From: Flaccisagitta enflata
Taxonomy: Eukaryota
DNA length: 64,000 bases
Assembly: GCA_965153355.1 (NCBI GenBank)
Contig: OZ231126.1
Coordinates: 6,634,001 to 6,698,000, forward strand
Reading direction: 5' to 3'
Both the position numbers and the translations under genes were made by a program. The notes beneath the pieces were generated by a model that had not been told where the DNA came from, did no database searches, and saw nothing but the letters and a program-made list of their open reading frames with translations. Below, one piece after another: positions 13,250 to 27,245 of this stretch (position 1 is the stretch's first letter; each line of letters starts with the position of its first letter).

Positions 13250-15110
13250 GCGTGACTTTTCCCTTTTCTCTCTCCCTTTCCTTCAATGTTCTCCTTACTA
13301 TCTTTTACGGAAATTTCCCCTTTCTCCTTTCTCTTGCCTTTTCCTTTATTGTTTTCCTTACTCTTTTTTTCTTTTCTCTTTTCTCTTCCCTTTTCCTTCA
13401 ATGTACCCCTTACTCTCTATCTGGAAACTTCCCTATTGTCCTCTCTCTTGCCTTTTCCTTCATTGTTTTCCTTATTCTCTTTTTCTTCTCTCTTTTCTCT
13501 CACCCTTTCCTTCAATGTTCTTCTTACTCTCTTTCCGGAAATTTCCCTATTCTCCTTTCTCTTGCCTCTTCCTTCATTGTTTTCCTTCCTCTCTTTTTCT
13601 TTTCTTTTTTCTCTTGCCCTTTCCTTCAATGTTCTCCTTACTCTCTTTTACGGAAATTTCCCTTTTCTCCTTTCTCTTGCCTTTTCCTTCATTGTTTTCC
13701 TTATTCTCTTTTTCTTTTCTCTTTTCTCTTGCCTTTTCCTTCAATGTTCTCCTTACTATCTTTTACGGAAATTTCCCTTTTCTCCTTTCTCTTGCCTTTT
13801 CCTTCATTGTTTTCCTTACTCTCTTTTTCTTTTCTCTTTTCTCTTGCCTTTTCCTTCAATGTACCCCTTACTCTCTTTTACAGAAATTTCCCTTTTCTCC
13901 TCTCTCTTGCCTTTTCCTTCATTGTTTTCCTTATTCTCTTTTTCTTCTCTCTTTTCTCTCGCCCTTTCCTTCAATGTTTTTCTTACTCTCTTTCCGGAAA
14001 TTTCCCTATTCTCCTTTCTCTTGCCTTTTCCTTCATTGTTTTCCTTCCTCTCTTTTTCTTTTCTTTTTTCTCTTGCCCTTTCCTTCAATGTTCTCCTTAC
14101 TCTCTTTTACGGAAATTTCCCTTTTCTCCTTTCTCTTGCCTTTTCCTTCATTGTTTTCCTTATTCTCTTTTTCTTTTCTCTTTTCTCTTTTCTCTTGCCT
14201 TTTCCTTCAATGTACCCCTTACTCTCTTTTACAGAAATTTCCCTTTTCTCCTCTCTCTTGCCTTTTCCTTCATTGTTTTCCTTATTCTCTTTTTCTTCTC
14301 TCTTTTCTCTCGCCCTTTCCTTCAATGTTCTTCTTACTCTCTTTCCGGAAATTTCCCTATTCTCCTTTCTCTTGCCTTTTCCTTCATTGTTTTCCTTCCT
14401 CTCTTTTTCTTTTCTTTTTTCTCTTGCCCTTTCCTTCAATGTTCTCCTTACTCTCTTTTACAGAAATTTCCCTTTTCTCCTCTCTCTTGCCTTTTCCTTC
14501 ATTGTTTTCCTTATTCTCTTTTTCTTCTCTCTTTTCTCTCGCCCTTTCCTTCAATGTTCTTCTTACTCTCTTTCCGGAAATTTCCCTATTCTCCTTTCTC
14601 TTGCCTTTTCCTTCATTGTTTTCCTTCCTCTCTTTTTCTTTTCTTTTTCCTCTTGCCTTTTCCCTCAATGTTCTCCTTACTATCTTTTATGGAAATTTCC
14701 CTTTTCTCCTTTCTCTTGCCTTTTCCTTCATTATTTTCTTTATACTCTTTTTCTTTCCTTTTTTTTCTCGCCCTTTCCTTCAATGTTCTTCTTACCCTCC
14801 TTTACGGAAATTTCCCACTCCTCTTTTCTCTTGCCTTTTCCTTCGTTGTTTTCCTTACTCTCTTTTTCTTCTCTCTTTTCTCTTGCCCTTTCCTTCAATG
14901 TTCTCCTTACTCTCTATCTGGAAACTTCCCTTTTCTCCTTTCTCTTGCCTTTTCCTTCATTGTTTTCCTTATTCTCTTTTTCTTCTCTCTTTTCTCTTGC
15001 CTTTTCCTTCAATGTACCCCTTACTCTCTTTTACGGAAATTTCCCTTTTCTCCTTTCTCTTGCCTTTTCCTTCATTGTTTTCCTTACTCTTTTTTTATTT
15101 TCTCTTTTCT
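13250..15110. repeat. ~115-bp polypyrimidine satellite, ~16 copies, with ~3-unit higher-order structure
   Basis: CCTTCAATGT...GGAAATTTCCC recurs every ~115 bp; the + strand is overwhelmingly C/T. Confidence 0.92.
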
Positions 15111-15852
15111 CTTTAGTCTCTTTTCCGTCCCTTTCCGTCCCTTTCCGCCTTCTTTCCTTTCTTCATCAATTTCAGTCGCTGCTTAAATCCTCTTTAGACT
15201 TTACTCGATACTCACTCGCTTCGCTTTGCTTGATCCAACAATCTCTCACTCGCTCACTTCCTAGAATCATTTACTATCAAACCGCTCATTAATCGGACAA
15301 TGATGGGGTCAAGGTGTTTCACTTTCAGCGAAAACAGCAAAAAGATGAGTAAAGAGTGACCGACCGTGTCATGAATTGGGGATGAAAAGAACTTGAACAA
15401 CTGACCAAAGTCACGTTGGTGTTTTGACATCAGAATCTCCGTGAATGAATGAATGGACACTCGTATGAATGGATGAATGGATGAATGGATGAATGGATGA
15501 GTGGATGAATGAATGAACGAATAAAGAAAAGAAAAAATATTAGATGTGTCCTAAGAAAAACTGTAAAAAGCCAAATCAATTACAAAAAAAAAAAAAAAAA
15601 AGAAGAAAAAAAGAAAAAAAAAACGTAGAAAAGGACTCACCGACAAACCAATGCACGGATCGAAGGGTTGCTTCTAGATCCGCGTAGCACGCTGCTAAAA
15701 AAAACCAACACGTTTCTCTCTTCTTTCCTCCTTTCTTTTTTCTCTTTTTGTACCGATTAAACATTCATTATAAATGTGGATTCCTCCTTCTACTTCTCAG
15801 GTAAGTGGATTTGTATTTCCCATGAGTTAATTCTCTGTAGAACAGTTAAAGG

Positions 15853-16438
15853 AAACAAGGCCAACACCTTTAAGTCGCGTGCGAGACTTACAGATTGACT
15901 AAGAATGACTTAGAATGACTTAGAATGATTCAGTATACTCTTAAATGGCTTTAAATGACTAAAAGAAATAAAATTGATAAAAAAAGTAAAAGTGTGATGA
16001 ACCGACAGACCGACGGACGGACGTACGGACGGACGGACGGACGGACAAAGCGGGGTGTACTACTTAGCTCATAAATATACGGACACCTGAAAATGAGCAT
16101 CAACTTTACAAAAGTGCTTCGCTTAAGCAAATAAAGTTAAAGACCCCAGATTGGTCGCATTTGAAAGTTTTTAAACAACTCGTGCACGCGACTAAAAAGA
16201 AAAAAAAAAAACTAAAACGAGTAATACTATCATTTTTAGTCGCGTGCACGCGACTCTACACGCCGCTTTGTCCATCCGTCCGTCGGTTGGTTGGTCGGTC
16301 TGTCTGTCGGTTCATCACATTTCTACTTTTTTTTATCACTTTATTCCCTTAAGTCATTTTAGAGTATTCTAAGTCATTCTAAGTCATGCTAAGTCATTCT
16401 GTAAGTCTCGCACGCGACTTATAGGTGTTGGCATTGTT
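15853..16438. mobile_element. Two family-A elements in inverted orientation; the left one carries a truncated MITE (16060-16180)
   Basis: AACAAGGCCAACACCT..AAGTCGCGTGCGAGACTTACAGA at left is mirrored by TCTGTAAGTCTCGCACGCGACTTATAGGTGTTGGC at right. The insert matches the left arm of the 22936-23127 MITE. Confidence 0.7.
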
Positions 16439-16558
16439 AAATGTAAACATTGTCAATACATGGACGACCAGATGAAATCACAAAAGCGTCAAAAAAGTCT
16501 ATGGTTACAACGGAACAACGGACAGACAAACAAATTTATTTGGCACATCACATGAGTA

Positions 16559-16589
<31 letters not shown>

Positions 16590-16749
16590 GAAAGAAGAAA
16601 AATGCACTCCTGTTGTTTCTCGAGCTGATATCACTGTTGACTGCTGTTTTCGCTTTGATTGACTGCATGAAGTGTTGTTGAGGAACAGCTGCCGAGTTGG
16701 GAGCCATAACTCATTATGTTGTTGTTGTTGTTGTTGTTGTTGTTTTTGT

Positions 16750-16933
<184 letters not shown>

Positions 16934-17449
16934 TTATTGACTGAATGAAATATTCTTGCAACAGCTGCCATTTCTATCTTAGAAATAAGTTTATCACATT
17001 TTCATCCAGATAATTCACCTTTGATACTTATATAATCACAAAAAATCATCTAGAATGAGAGGTATGCAGGTGGCAACCTTTGAAAGATCTTTTGGGGTAG
17101 TTTCAAAAGGCCATCATGCATCTTTTCTTCTTGAAAATCCATGAGAGATTATACCTGATGATTCGATGAGATGAGGAACAATATACTTTTTAGTCGCGGA
17201 CACGCGACTCTACACCTTGCCGTGTCGGTCGGTCCGTCAATCCATCCATCGGTCCTTCGGTCACATTTCTGAATTCCGAGCGGTTTTTGCAATACTGCTC
17301 CTGCCCAACCGTCCGCGACTGGATTGCCGTGTATCCGGCCTTGTTCCTAAAAGAAGAGAAAAACATACGAAAAAATTATGATGAGAGATGCGATAAACTT
17401 ATTTCTAAGGTAATACTTAATTTCACGGTTGTTGTTAATGCTGTTGTTT

Positions 17450-17559
<110 letters not shown>

Positions 17560-17639
17560 GCTTTGATTGACCGCTTGAAATGTTGTCTTGGAACAGCTGC
17601 CAAGTTGAAAGCCGTAACTCAATTTCACGCTTGAGGCAG

Positions 17640-18530
17640 AAAAAGTCGAAGCTTCGAGTTGAGTTGAGAGGAAAACTGAAAAAATAAACAAGGCTAGTTA
17701 CTTAGTGAGCCTATCTGTGTAAGAGGGTAGGCAGGGGCAAAACTAAAGGAATAAACAAGGATAGTTGTGTGCATGTAGTAAGCCTATCAGTGTGTGAAAA
17801 TTGGCAGGGGCAAAGTTGAGTGGAAAACTGAAAGAATAAACAAGACCGATTACGTAATAAGTCTATCTGTGTGTGAGGGTGGGCAGGGGCAAAACTAAAG
17901 AAATAAACAAGGTTAGTCAGGTGCATGTAGTAAGCGAGTGAGTGTGAGTGTGAGTGTGAGTGTGTGATAATGGGTAGGGGTAATGTCGAGAGGAAAACAG
18001 AAAAAATAAGCAAGGCTGATTATGTAATGAGCCTATTTTTGTGTGAGGGAGGCAAGAGCATGACTGAAGGTATAAACAATGCTGGTTATGTGGTAATCCA
18101 ACCTGTGTGCGAAGGTGGGCAGGTGAAAGGTTGAGAGGAAAACTGAATGAATAAACAATGTTGGTTACGTAGTGAGCCTATCTGTATATGAGGGGGGCAG
18201 GGGCAAAACTAAAGGAACAAACAGGGCTAGTGATGTACATTTAGTAAGCCTATCAGTGGGCACGAAATGGCAGGGGCAAAGTTCAGTAAAAAACTGAAAA
18301 AGTAAACAAGGCTGATTACGTAGTGAGCATATTTTTTTTTTGTGTGTGTGGGCAAAGGCAAAATTGAAGGAATAAACAAGGCTGGATATGTGGTAATCCT
18401 GTCTGTGTGTGGGGGTGGGCAGGGGAAAAGTTGAGAGGAAAACAGAAAGAATAAACAAGGCTGATCACGTAATAAGCCTATCTTTTTGTGAGGGTGATCA
18501 AGGGCAAAACTGAAGGTATAAACAAGGCTG
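17640..18530. repeat. Degenerate satellite (GGGCAGGGGCAAA..ATAAACAAGGCT..GAGCCTATCTGTGTG), resuming at ~20145-20437 and 21178-21262
   Basis: Recurrent ~60-70-bp units. Confidence 0.75.
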
Positions 18531-18730
18531 CACTGTGGCTGATATCAGATATTCTGAGGAATTCACCTTTTTTCTGAATTTCTATTATGCATGTTTATGG
18601 CAGAAGAGGGCACTCCAATCAGATTGCAATGCTGGCAAGATGTTGCAATGAAAAACATGAGAACAAGTTTGGAAAGGCTTCTGCTTTTTCTTTTTCCATA
18701 ATGATAATCAAAAAGTCCCATAAAAAATGA

Positions 18731-18797
18731 TCCTGATCTGGTTCAGTGGTAAGATGAGGGACTGTCATTCAGAGGTAGGGGTTTGATTCCCATGGAA
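18731..18797 (+). pseudogene. Degenerate tRNA-Asp-like sequence (tRNA pseudogene or SINE head)
   Basis: A-box-like TGGTTCAGTGG, CTGTCA anticodon loop, B-box-like GGTTTGATTCC; stems pair poorly. Confidence 0.4.
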
Positions 18798-20437
18798 AAT
18801 ATTTTTTCTCTACCTAACATTTCATCAGAAATTAAGTGTAAATTAAGACTCAAACATTTTAAGATGCTAATCTAAATTGAACAAGTTGCATTAATGCTAG
18901 TGTGTATATTCATAATGTAATATCTATTCACCAGCACTCACACTTATCTCAAAAAACGATCTTAGGACTTATGACCTACAATGGTGGTTCACTGTTTTTT
19001 TTGTTTTTTTGTTTTGTTTTTTTTTTTGAGAGGCCAGAGGACTGATTTGAAGCTTGCGAGCATTAAATTGAGGTTTAGATGGCTGATTTGAGGCCTGAGA
19101 CGCCTAATTTGAGGCATGAGAGGCCAGGTTTGAGACCTGAGAGGCCAGATTTGAGGCCTGAGATACCAGATTTGAGGCCTGAGAGGCTTGATTTGAGGCC
19201 TAAGAGGATGGATTTGCAGCCTGAGAGGCTGGATTTGATGCCTGATAGGCTGGAATTGAGACCTGAGGGGCCTGATGAATCGGGGGATGAACAAACAAAC
19301 AAACAAATGAATGTATGAACGGAAGTCCCCCTGTGTTCTACAGGACTTTGTCTCCTTCGGGGCCGCTGCCCAAAAAGAGGGAAACCATGAAACTCATTAA
19401 ATCAAATTAAATCAAATTAAATTGAATTAAAGTAGATTAAATTAGATTTCCATGTGACTGGGAGAAGGATTTACTATTTTCCCTTAAATGTTGTATTTGA
19501 GGTAAACCTAACAGGCTTACCATGAGTTATACAAAACAGTAAACTTTAATTCTGACCCAAATTCACTTCTATAAAAAAGAATTTTGAGTGAGGCTTGAAC
19601 CCCAGACCTCTACACAAAAAGAGAGCAACCTAACATGTCGCCACTGCCTAACAACTAGAAAGGTGTTTATCATGTTTTATGATTCAGATTTTATTTTTTC
19701 ATCATCCTGAGCTTGCCAATTTTTGATCCTCTTCCTCTTCCTCATTTTTCCATTTCTGTTGATGACTAGATCGGGGATTCAACTGGACATCATCGATGAA
19801 GGTGATGGCTGCCAGAATGATTTTCCATCTGCTCTCAATGCCAAACCGGCAAGTTTATGCCCATATGCTTACATACATAGAATTGTCTGCTTCTCCTCTA
19901 CACAATGGTGTAAAAATCTTTTTGATGAGGGATGATGCGGGCGTTGTCACTTTTTCTTGCAATGACAAGGCAAAAAATATTTTTTTCAGGACTTTTTTTT
20001 GCTTACCCCCTTATAATATCTGCCTCTAACAGAATTTAACTCCCTTTTTTTTCTCCCCTCCTCACAGTAAGAGATATAAAAGAGAAAAGTTTATCAAAAA
20101 TCTTTCATTTTTTTCCTCAGAATTTGGGATTTCAGCCATAGTGGGCTGGTTATGTGGTAATCCGATCTGTGTGTGAGGGTGGGCAGGGGAAAAGTTGAGA
20201 AGAAGACTGAAAGAATTATCAAAGCTGATTATATAGTGAACCTATCTGTGTTTGAGAGTGGGCAGGCGCATAAGTCGCAAAGCGTAAGATGGCCAGCGGT
20301 ACCCATCGCCCTTATGTAAGTGTATGTGTGTGAGGTGGGTAGAGAAGCATAGGCCCTAAAGGTTCCAATGACCAATGCTTTCACAATGGAATAAACAAGG
20401 CTGATTATATGGTACATGTAGTAAGCTTACCTGTGAG

Positions 20438-20929
20438 CAGAGATTAGCGGTACTGAGCGTTAGTGGTCGGCCGTTATGAGGTTGTTATATGGTAAAAATC
20501 CGCCATTTTATGCTAAGGTCGTTATCCCTAAATAACTGGACGTTATTTATATAAGGTTTCACATTATCTAAGTAAAAGGAACAGATTTTGTAAAAGGTTC
20601 ATTGCATTTGACTCATGGAAATCCTCGTTATGAAAGATGGACAACATTACCACTATCCTTACTAAACTTACTTTACTTACCATACCATACTTACTAAATT
20701 TACTATACTTACTATACTTACTATACTTACTATACTTACTATACTTACTATACTTACTATACTTACTGTACCTACTATACTTACTATACTTACTATTTTT
20801 ACTTTTCTTACTATACTTTCTATAGTTACTATACTTACTATACAAGGCCCTCTTCTATTCATTTCAGTTAGGGTAGAGAGAAGGATATTGTTCCACCTAT
20901 CATACTTTGGCCTAAACACTGTTAAAAGC

Positions 20930-20978
<49 letters not shown>

Positions 20979-21177
20979 CACACACCAAAAGCGGTATAAG
21001 ATCGACTTAAAGAAACAAAGGATCTTGGAAGAATAGAAGAGAAGGAGAAGAAAGAGGAGGAAGAAGAGGAGGAGGAGGAAGAGGAAAAATCGGTTTTCAT
21101 GGTGATTTATCCGTTATTCGTTATCCCATATATCCTATCCGTTACACGGATAGCCGGATCTCGATACCTAATCTCTG
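20438..21177. mobile_element. Non-autonomous hAT-type element
   Basis: TIR CAGAGATTAG...CTAATCTCTG with a perfect 8-bp TSD CCTGTGAG (20430-20437, 21178-21185); internal (ACTATACTT)n. Confidence 0.88.
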
Positions 21178-21514
21178 CCTGTGAGTGAGAATTGGCAGGG
21201 GCAAAGTTGAGAGGAAAACTGAAAGAACATGTAATGATAACGTAGTGAGCCTATTTTTGTGTATGCAACTGAAAAGGATGGTCTAGATGACTATTCACTT
21301 CAATTCTGCTTTAGCACCACCATAGTGGGGTAGACGAAAACTAATGCGAGTGGTAATCGGGAAGACTTTAATTTCAGTTGCGGTCCATTCAAATGCTTCT
21401 AGCGCCATCATAAAGGAAATGATTCAGGACCTTTACAACCATTTCTCACATTTTCTCCACACAAAAGCGCGAATTACGTCACACTTACGACTGATTATGA
21501 TACTTGAGGCAAAG

Positions 21515-21735
21515 GAATCCATGGGATCCAGGATCCGGTGTCTGTGGGATCCAGTGTCTTGGATCAATGGGATTCAGAATCTGGGATCCATGGGATCCAG
21601 GATCCGGTATCTGTGGGATCCAGTACCCTGGATCAATGGGATCCAGCATCTGGGATCCATAGGATCCAGGATCCGGTGTCTGTGGGATCCAGTGTCCCGG
21701 ATCAATGGGATCCAGCATCTGGGGTCCATGGGGAA
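21515..21735. repeat. 69-bp tandem repeat x3, GGATCC-rich
   Basis: GGATCCGGT at 21531, 21600 and 21669. Confidence 0.85.
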
Positions 21736-22935
21736 TTCATCCGACACCCATTAGAGCGCACGTGTTATTAAGGCAGGGCCGCCTACGATTTTTTGTAGAC
21801 ATATAGTCATTTGCAGTAAGGCAGCGTCACTACATGGCATAAATTTGTCGGGTCCCTTGGCATGAGGCTCAACTGTCATCAAAATTGACTTTCAAAACAA
21901 ATGAGCAGAATATGAACAATCAATAGGAGAGGAAGAAGAAGTAGCAGAGGAAGAAGTAGCAGAAGATGAAGAATCAGAAGGAGAAGAAGAGAGGGGTGCA
22001 GAAGAAGATAAGAATGAGAAAAAAGAAAAGAAAAACAAGGCCAAGTAGCCCAATATGTAAGCTGGGAAGATTGTCAAACGTTTCCGTGATGGACTGAAAG
22101 AGTGACCCACAGATGGACAGACATGACCGGATATACTTGTCCGTTGGCACACCTGAAGAGAAGAAGAAGAAAAAGAAGAAGAAGAAAAAGAAGAAGAAGA
22201 ACAAGAAGAAAAAGAAAAAGAAAAAGAAGAAGATGATGAAGAAGAAGAAGAAGGAGAAGAAGAAGAAGAAGAAGAAGAAGAAGAAGAAGAAGAAGAAGAA
22301 GAAGAAGAAGAAGAAGAAGAAGGAAACAACTAAACTGAACTGAGACGACGAAGACCAAGACAAAGATGAAGATGAAGACAATGACAAAGATGAAGATGGA
22401 GAAGATGAAGAGCATCAAGCAGAAGAAAAATCAGGAATAACAAGGCCGGATACACGGCTACCCCAGTCGCGTGCGGGGGGCAGGGGCTGTAATTGAGGTC
22501 AATGCATCATTTGGGCAGGAGCAGTGAGGCCAGACTAGCACTAGCACTAGCACGCGACTAAAAAAGAAGAAAGATCAAGGGTGGGGCCAAAAAGGGATTA
22601 ATAGAACAGTAGTTAAGAGCAGAAATTGGAGGGAAAACGAGTACGAGTGGTCAACTTCCCTTCAACCTCCTCCTCCTCCTCCTCTTCCTCCTCCTCCTCC
22701 TCCTCCTCCTCCTCCTGCTTTTTCCTCTCATTCTTTTTTTGGTGGTCAAGCCTTATCTCTCTAAAGCGGATTTCTTTTATCTTGCAAAGAGTGAATTTCT
22801 TTAATGATCTCTTTTATCTTCAACCCACATTTTTGGTGTTTTTTTTCAAGTGGACATGTTAGTCTATCTGTTGGTTTGTTGACCGGTTGGTCCATTGCGT
22901 GGTCCGTCATGCAATTGATTATTTAGTCATTTCTA

Positions 22936-23127
22936 CTATCTAGCTCATAAATAAACGGACACCTGAAAATAAGCATCAACTTTAGAAAAGTGTTGCGCCT
23001 AAGCAAATTAAGTTATTAACCCCAGATTGGTCTCATTTAAAAGTTTTTAAACACATTTGTTTAAACACAGCACTTCTCTAAAGTTGATGCTACTTTTTAA
23101 GTGTCCGTATATTTATGGGCTAGATGG
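22936..23127. mobile_element. TA-flanked MITE (~190 bp)
   Basis: TA|CTATCTAGCTCATAAATAAACGGACAC ... GTGTCCGTATATTTATGGGCTAGATGG|TA. Confidence 0.8.
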
Positions 23128-23157
23128 TAAGATCATTCCGAGTCTTAAATGTAGTTA

Positions 23158-23711
23158 CAGTAGATCTCGTCTAGACTTGAGATAACGGGGGCAAGCGTTG
23201 TAGATTAACAAATAAAGCTAGGGGATTGATATTTGAAATATAGACTAATAAAATGATGCTTCATTGCCCATGATAGTTGGTTGCCATGGAAACTCTTTTC
23301 CATGTATTTACGCTAAAGTATCAATATTTTGAGAAATTTTTTGATCGAACATAGCTTAAAATCAAATTTGCTACAACTTTCCCACAGTATGTTCTGTAAG
23401 AATGTCGCTCGTTTAGCGGTTGCTAGGGGTTGTCACACATGGATACGCTCCCTAGCAACGGCCAAATTCTTACAGAACATACTGTGGGAAAGTTGTAGCA
23501 AATTTAATTTTAAACAATGTTCCCCCAAAAAATTTCTCAAAATATTGATATTTTAGCATAAATACATGGAAATGTGTTTCCATAGCAACCAAGTATCATG
23601 GGGAATAAATTATTCTCTTATTGATCTATATTCAAAATATCAGCCCTCTAGTTTCATTTGTGCTTCCACAGTGCTTGCCCCCGTTATCTCATGTCTAGAC
23701 GAGATCTACTG
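23158..23711. mobile_element. Tc1/mariner-type foldback MITE (554 bp, near-complete palindrome)
   Basis: TA|CAGTAGATCTCGTCTAGAC.TGAGATAACGGGGGCAAGC ... GCTTGCCCCCGTTATCTCA.GTCTAGACGAGATCTACTG|TA; arms pair to a centre near 23435. Confidence 0.9.
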
Positions 23712-23981
23712 TATGTAATTTTGTTAGTTAGTGAAAAACACAACGGATGGGCTCTGATTGGCTTGATTTTGATCTCAAGCCAACAACTATGAGAAACTTG
23801 ATAGACGAATTAAACAAATCAAACAAAGTAAAGGAACTAATTAAACAAATTAAATGTTAACATGATGTTTTGGTGCAATTTCTTCAATGATATTTTTAAT
23901 CATTCAGCCTTTCCTTATGATTTCATTTTGTCACCAAATAAAACAATTCAGGGGAATTTACTCGAAGGGCCCTGTCTGTCC

Positions 23982-24084
<103 letters not shown>

Positions 24085-24125
24085 GTCTATCTGTCTGTCT
24101 GTGAGTCTGTCTGTGTGTCTGTCTG

Positions 24126-24167
<42 letters not shown>

Positions 24168-24253
24168 ATCTCTATCTATTTTTTGTAATCTTTAAAGCTA
24201 ATTAATAATTAGATTCTTTTTCAGGAGAAAGCATGATTTTTTTCAGAGAGAGA

Positions 24254-24352
<99 letters not shown>

Positions 24353-25337
24353 TGACTAAATGACTAGATGACTAGATGACTAGATGACTAAATGACTGAA
24401 TGACTAAATGACTAAGAGACAAAAAGACGAAGAGACTTTAAGACCAAAAGACTAAACAACTAAAAGACTTAAAGACTAACTGACTAAAAGACTAAAAGAC
24501 TGAAAGATAAAAAAACAAAAAGAGCAAAAGATTAAATGTGAAATGACTTAAAATGACATAAAATGACTTGAAATGACTTAAAAGGACTTAAAATGACGTG
24601 AAACAACAAATAAAGCTAAGCGTTACGGACAGACGGACCAACAGACGGACAGAGCGGGTCGTTGAGTCTTGTGCACGTGACTAAAAACACAGATGGTCAG
24701 ACAGACAGACGGAAAACCGGTACTTGGAAAAAAAGACGAAAAGGCAGAATAACAGACAGAACAGAGATGATCACAGGCAGAGTCAAAGACAAAAAGATTA
24801 AAGAAAAAAGAATAATGACAATTCCCGGATTTTAGCTGAAAATGTATTATCTCCTGCTTGTGATATCGTTCCTCCCCCTGGGGTATTTGGATAATCCCTG
24901 GGGACACGTTGCGTCCCCCCTTTACATGTTGATGCTCACCCCCCTCCCCTCCCCTTTTTTAGTTGCGGACACGCAACTCTATAAGAGGCTTTGTCCATCC
25001 ATCCGTCAGTCCGTCAGTCCGTCCATTTGTCGGTCCGTTGGTCCATGAGCACGTGTAGATGGGGGTTGACTCCTTTTTTCCCCTCCCGAATTATATTCCC
25101 CCTCCTTCCGCTTTCCCTTCAACTCTTTCTTCCTTTTTTTCCCCTCCTTTTCATATTCTTCCTTCTTTTCCACCTTTTTTTTATTCTCCCCCTTCTTTCT
25201 TTCCTACCCTTTTTGGGCAGCGGCCCCAAAGGGCCGATGTCCTGCAGGACACAGGGGTGAATTTCCTTATGTCCGTCCGTACGTCCATACGTATGTCCCT
25301 CCCCAAAGCTTCTCAATTCTCAAATCCCATAGAATAA

Positions 25338-25952
25338 CCATAAGTGCAATAAAAATGGCCGATTTTTCAACAGCTTTGAGCACAGGTTTTGGTCAAAAGA
25401 TTCTTGAAACAATAGAAAAATTCATGCAGTGTAGACAGATATCAAAAAATATCTTTCATTTGAGTCCATGCAGCAACTTTTTTCTCAATTCTTTTAGAAA
25501 ATATGACAGATAAAAGGTTAACAACTAAATTGCCACCTCATGAAAAAACAGCTGAAATTGTCGCTCGGATTTTCTAAAATATTTCAGATAAGTAAAAATG
25601 ATAGAAGATCTTTATCGATTTTGATGAAATTTTAGGTGCTAGTTGACCTGTATTATGACCAATATCAATTCAATTTTCATCAATATCGGGCAACGTCTTC
25701 TGTGATTTTTTATGGAACTTTGTAAAAATACCATGGGCAGTTTCAAAATTGAGGGCTTTGGCTAATCTTACTCTCATTTGCATATTCGTTTGGACTCGAT
25801 GGATATTTGCATCGAGTTGGTGGTCCCACAAAAATTTTAAATGAAAGATCTTTTGAAGGGCTTTCCAGGTGTCATAAGTTTTGCTATCTTTGGACAAGTT
25901 CTAGCTCCTTTACAGACCTTTTAAAAATCGGCCTTTTTTTTTGCACCTATGG
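25338..25952. mobile_element. piggyBac-like MITE nested in a family-B element (25211-26624)
   Basis: ATAA|CCATAAGTGCAA..AAAA.GGCCGATTTTT ... AAAAATCGGCCTTTT..TTGCACCTATGG|TTAA. Confidence 0.7.
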
Positions 25953-27005
25953 TTAACACAGGAAAATGTCAAAATGCAAACTTCCCATTGAATAACATGG
26001 AAAATTTACAAAAAAATAGAAAAATGTAAATTTCCCATTGAATAACATTGAAGATTAACAAAAAATGAAAATGATACAAAATTCCTACTGGATAGCATGG
26101 AAAATTGATAAAAAAAGAAAAATATGAAATTCTCATTGAATAACATGGAAAATTGACAAGAAATTAAAACAAGGTCATTAGACCTAAGTCGCGTGCGTCG
26201 GCACTTTCAAAAAAAGTCAGGCAGACAGACAGACAAACATTTTTTTTTCAAAAAGACGTTTGAGTAGACTTCTAACTTTTCCAAGTTTCTTCTCTGCAGT
26301 TCAGAGACATAAAAAAATGCGATTAAAAGCCTTTTAAACGACTTTGTTACGGACCGACGGACCGACTGACGGACCAACCAAAAAGTGGCTTATAGAGTCG
26401 CGTAGCACGCGACTAAAAAAAGTATAACTCCCATTGAATATCATGGAAAATTGCCCCAAAGGCTTGAAATATGCCTTCTCAGAACGTAAGGAAATTCAGC
26501 CCTGTGTCCTATAGGACTTTGGCCCTTTGGGGCCGCTGCCCTGCTCTCACTCCACTTCTTCAGCTGATCACTCCAAGCAGGGCATCGGGTACCGCTGACC
26601 ATGTGTGATCCTTGGATGACTTGTTCCTCCTCTTTCTTCACCTTTGCATCCGTCTTTTCCTATATTTTTTTTCCTCCTCCTTTTCTTCCTCCTTCCTTTT
26701 CTCATCCTCCTTCTTTCCTTTCTCCTCCATTTTTCCTTTCTCCTCCATTTTTCCTTTCTCCTCCATTTTTCCTTTCTCCTCCATTTTTCCTTTCTCCTCC
26801 TTCTTCTCCTTTCATCTTTCTTCCTCTTTCTCCTCCTTTTCTTCCTCCATCTTTTCCTTCTCCTCATTCTTTTTCTCCTTCTTTCTGGCTGTAACTCCTC
26901 CTTCTTCTCCTCCAACTTTCCTTTCTCCTTCATCTTTTCTTTCTCTTCCTTCTTTTCCTCCATCCTTTTCATGTCTTTATCTCCCTTCTCCACCTCTCTT
27001 ACCTC

Positions 27006-27245
27006 TTTTTAGTTGCGTGCTATGCGACTCTACACCCCGCTTTGTCGGTCAGTCCGTCGGTCCGTTGGTCCATTGGTTCGTTGGTCCGTCTGTCCGTTGG
27101 TCCGTCGGTCCGTCCGTCACACTTTACTTTTCCGTCGTTAATAGGGGTTTTGGATCTACTGCTCCTGCCCAAATGCTCCACTGACCTCAAATATTGCCCC
27201 TGCCCATCCGCACGCGACTAGGGTAGCCGTGTATCCGGCCTTGTT
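27006..27245 (+). mobile_element. DINE-1/Helentron-like family-A element
   Basis: 5' hairpin, (GTCC/GTTG)n core, GTAGCCGTGTATCCGGCCTTGTT end. Further copies at 22438-22562, 26168-26418, 35893-36580, 40744-40902, 43985-44138, 46160-46360, 55460-55658. Confidence 0.7.

Noticed and set aside
13146-15292. Three overlapping ~650-aa ORFs
   Set aside because: Artefact of a C/T-rich satellite that lacks stop codons in all + frames.
18731-19655. Functional tRNA genes (18731-18797 plus; ~19585-19650 minus)
   Set aside because: Only A/B-box-like remnants; acceptor and anticodon stems do not pair.
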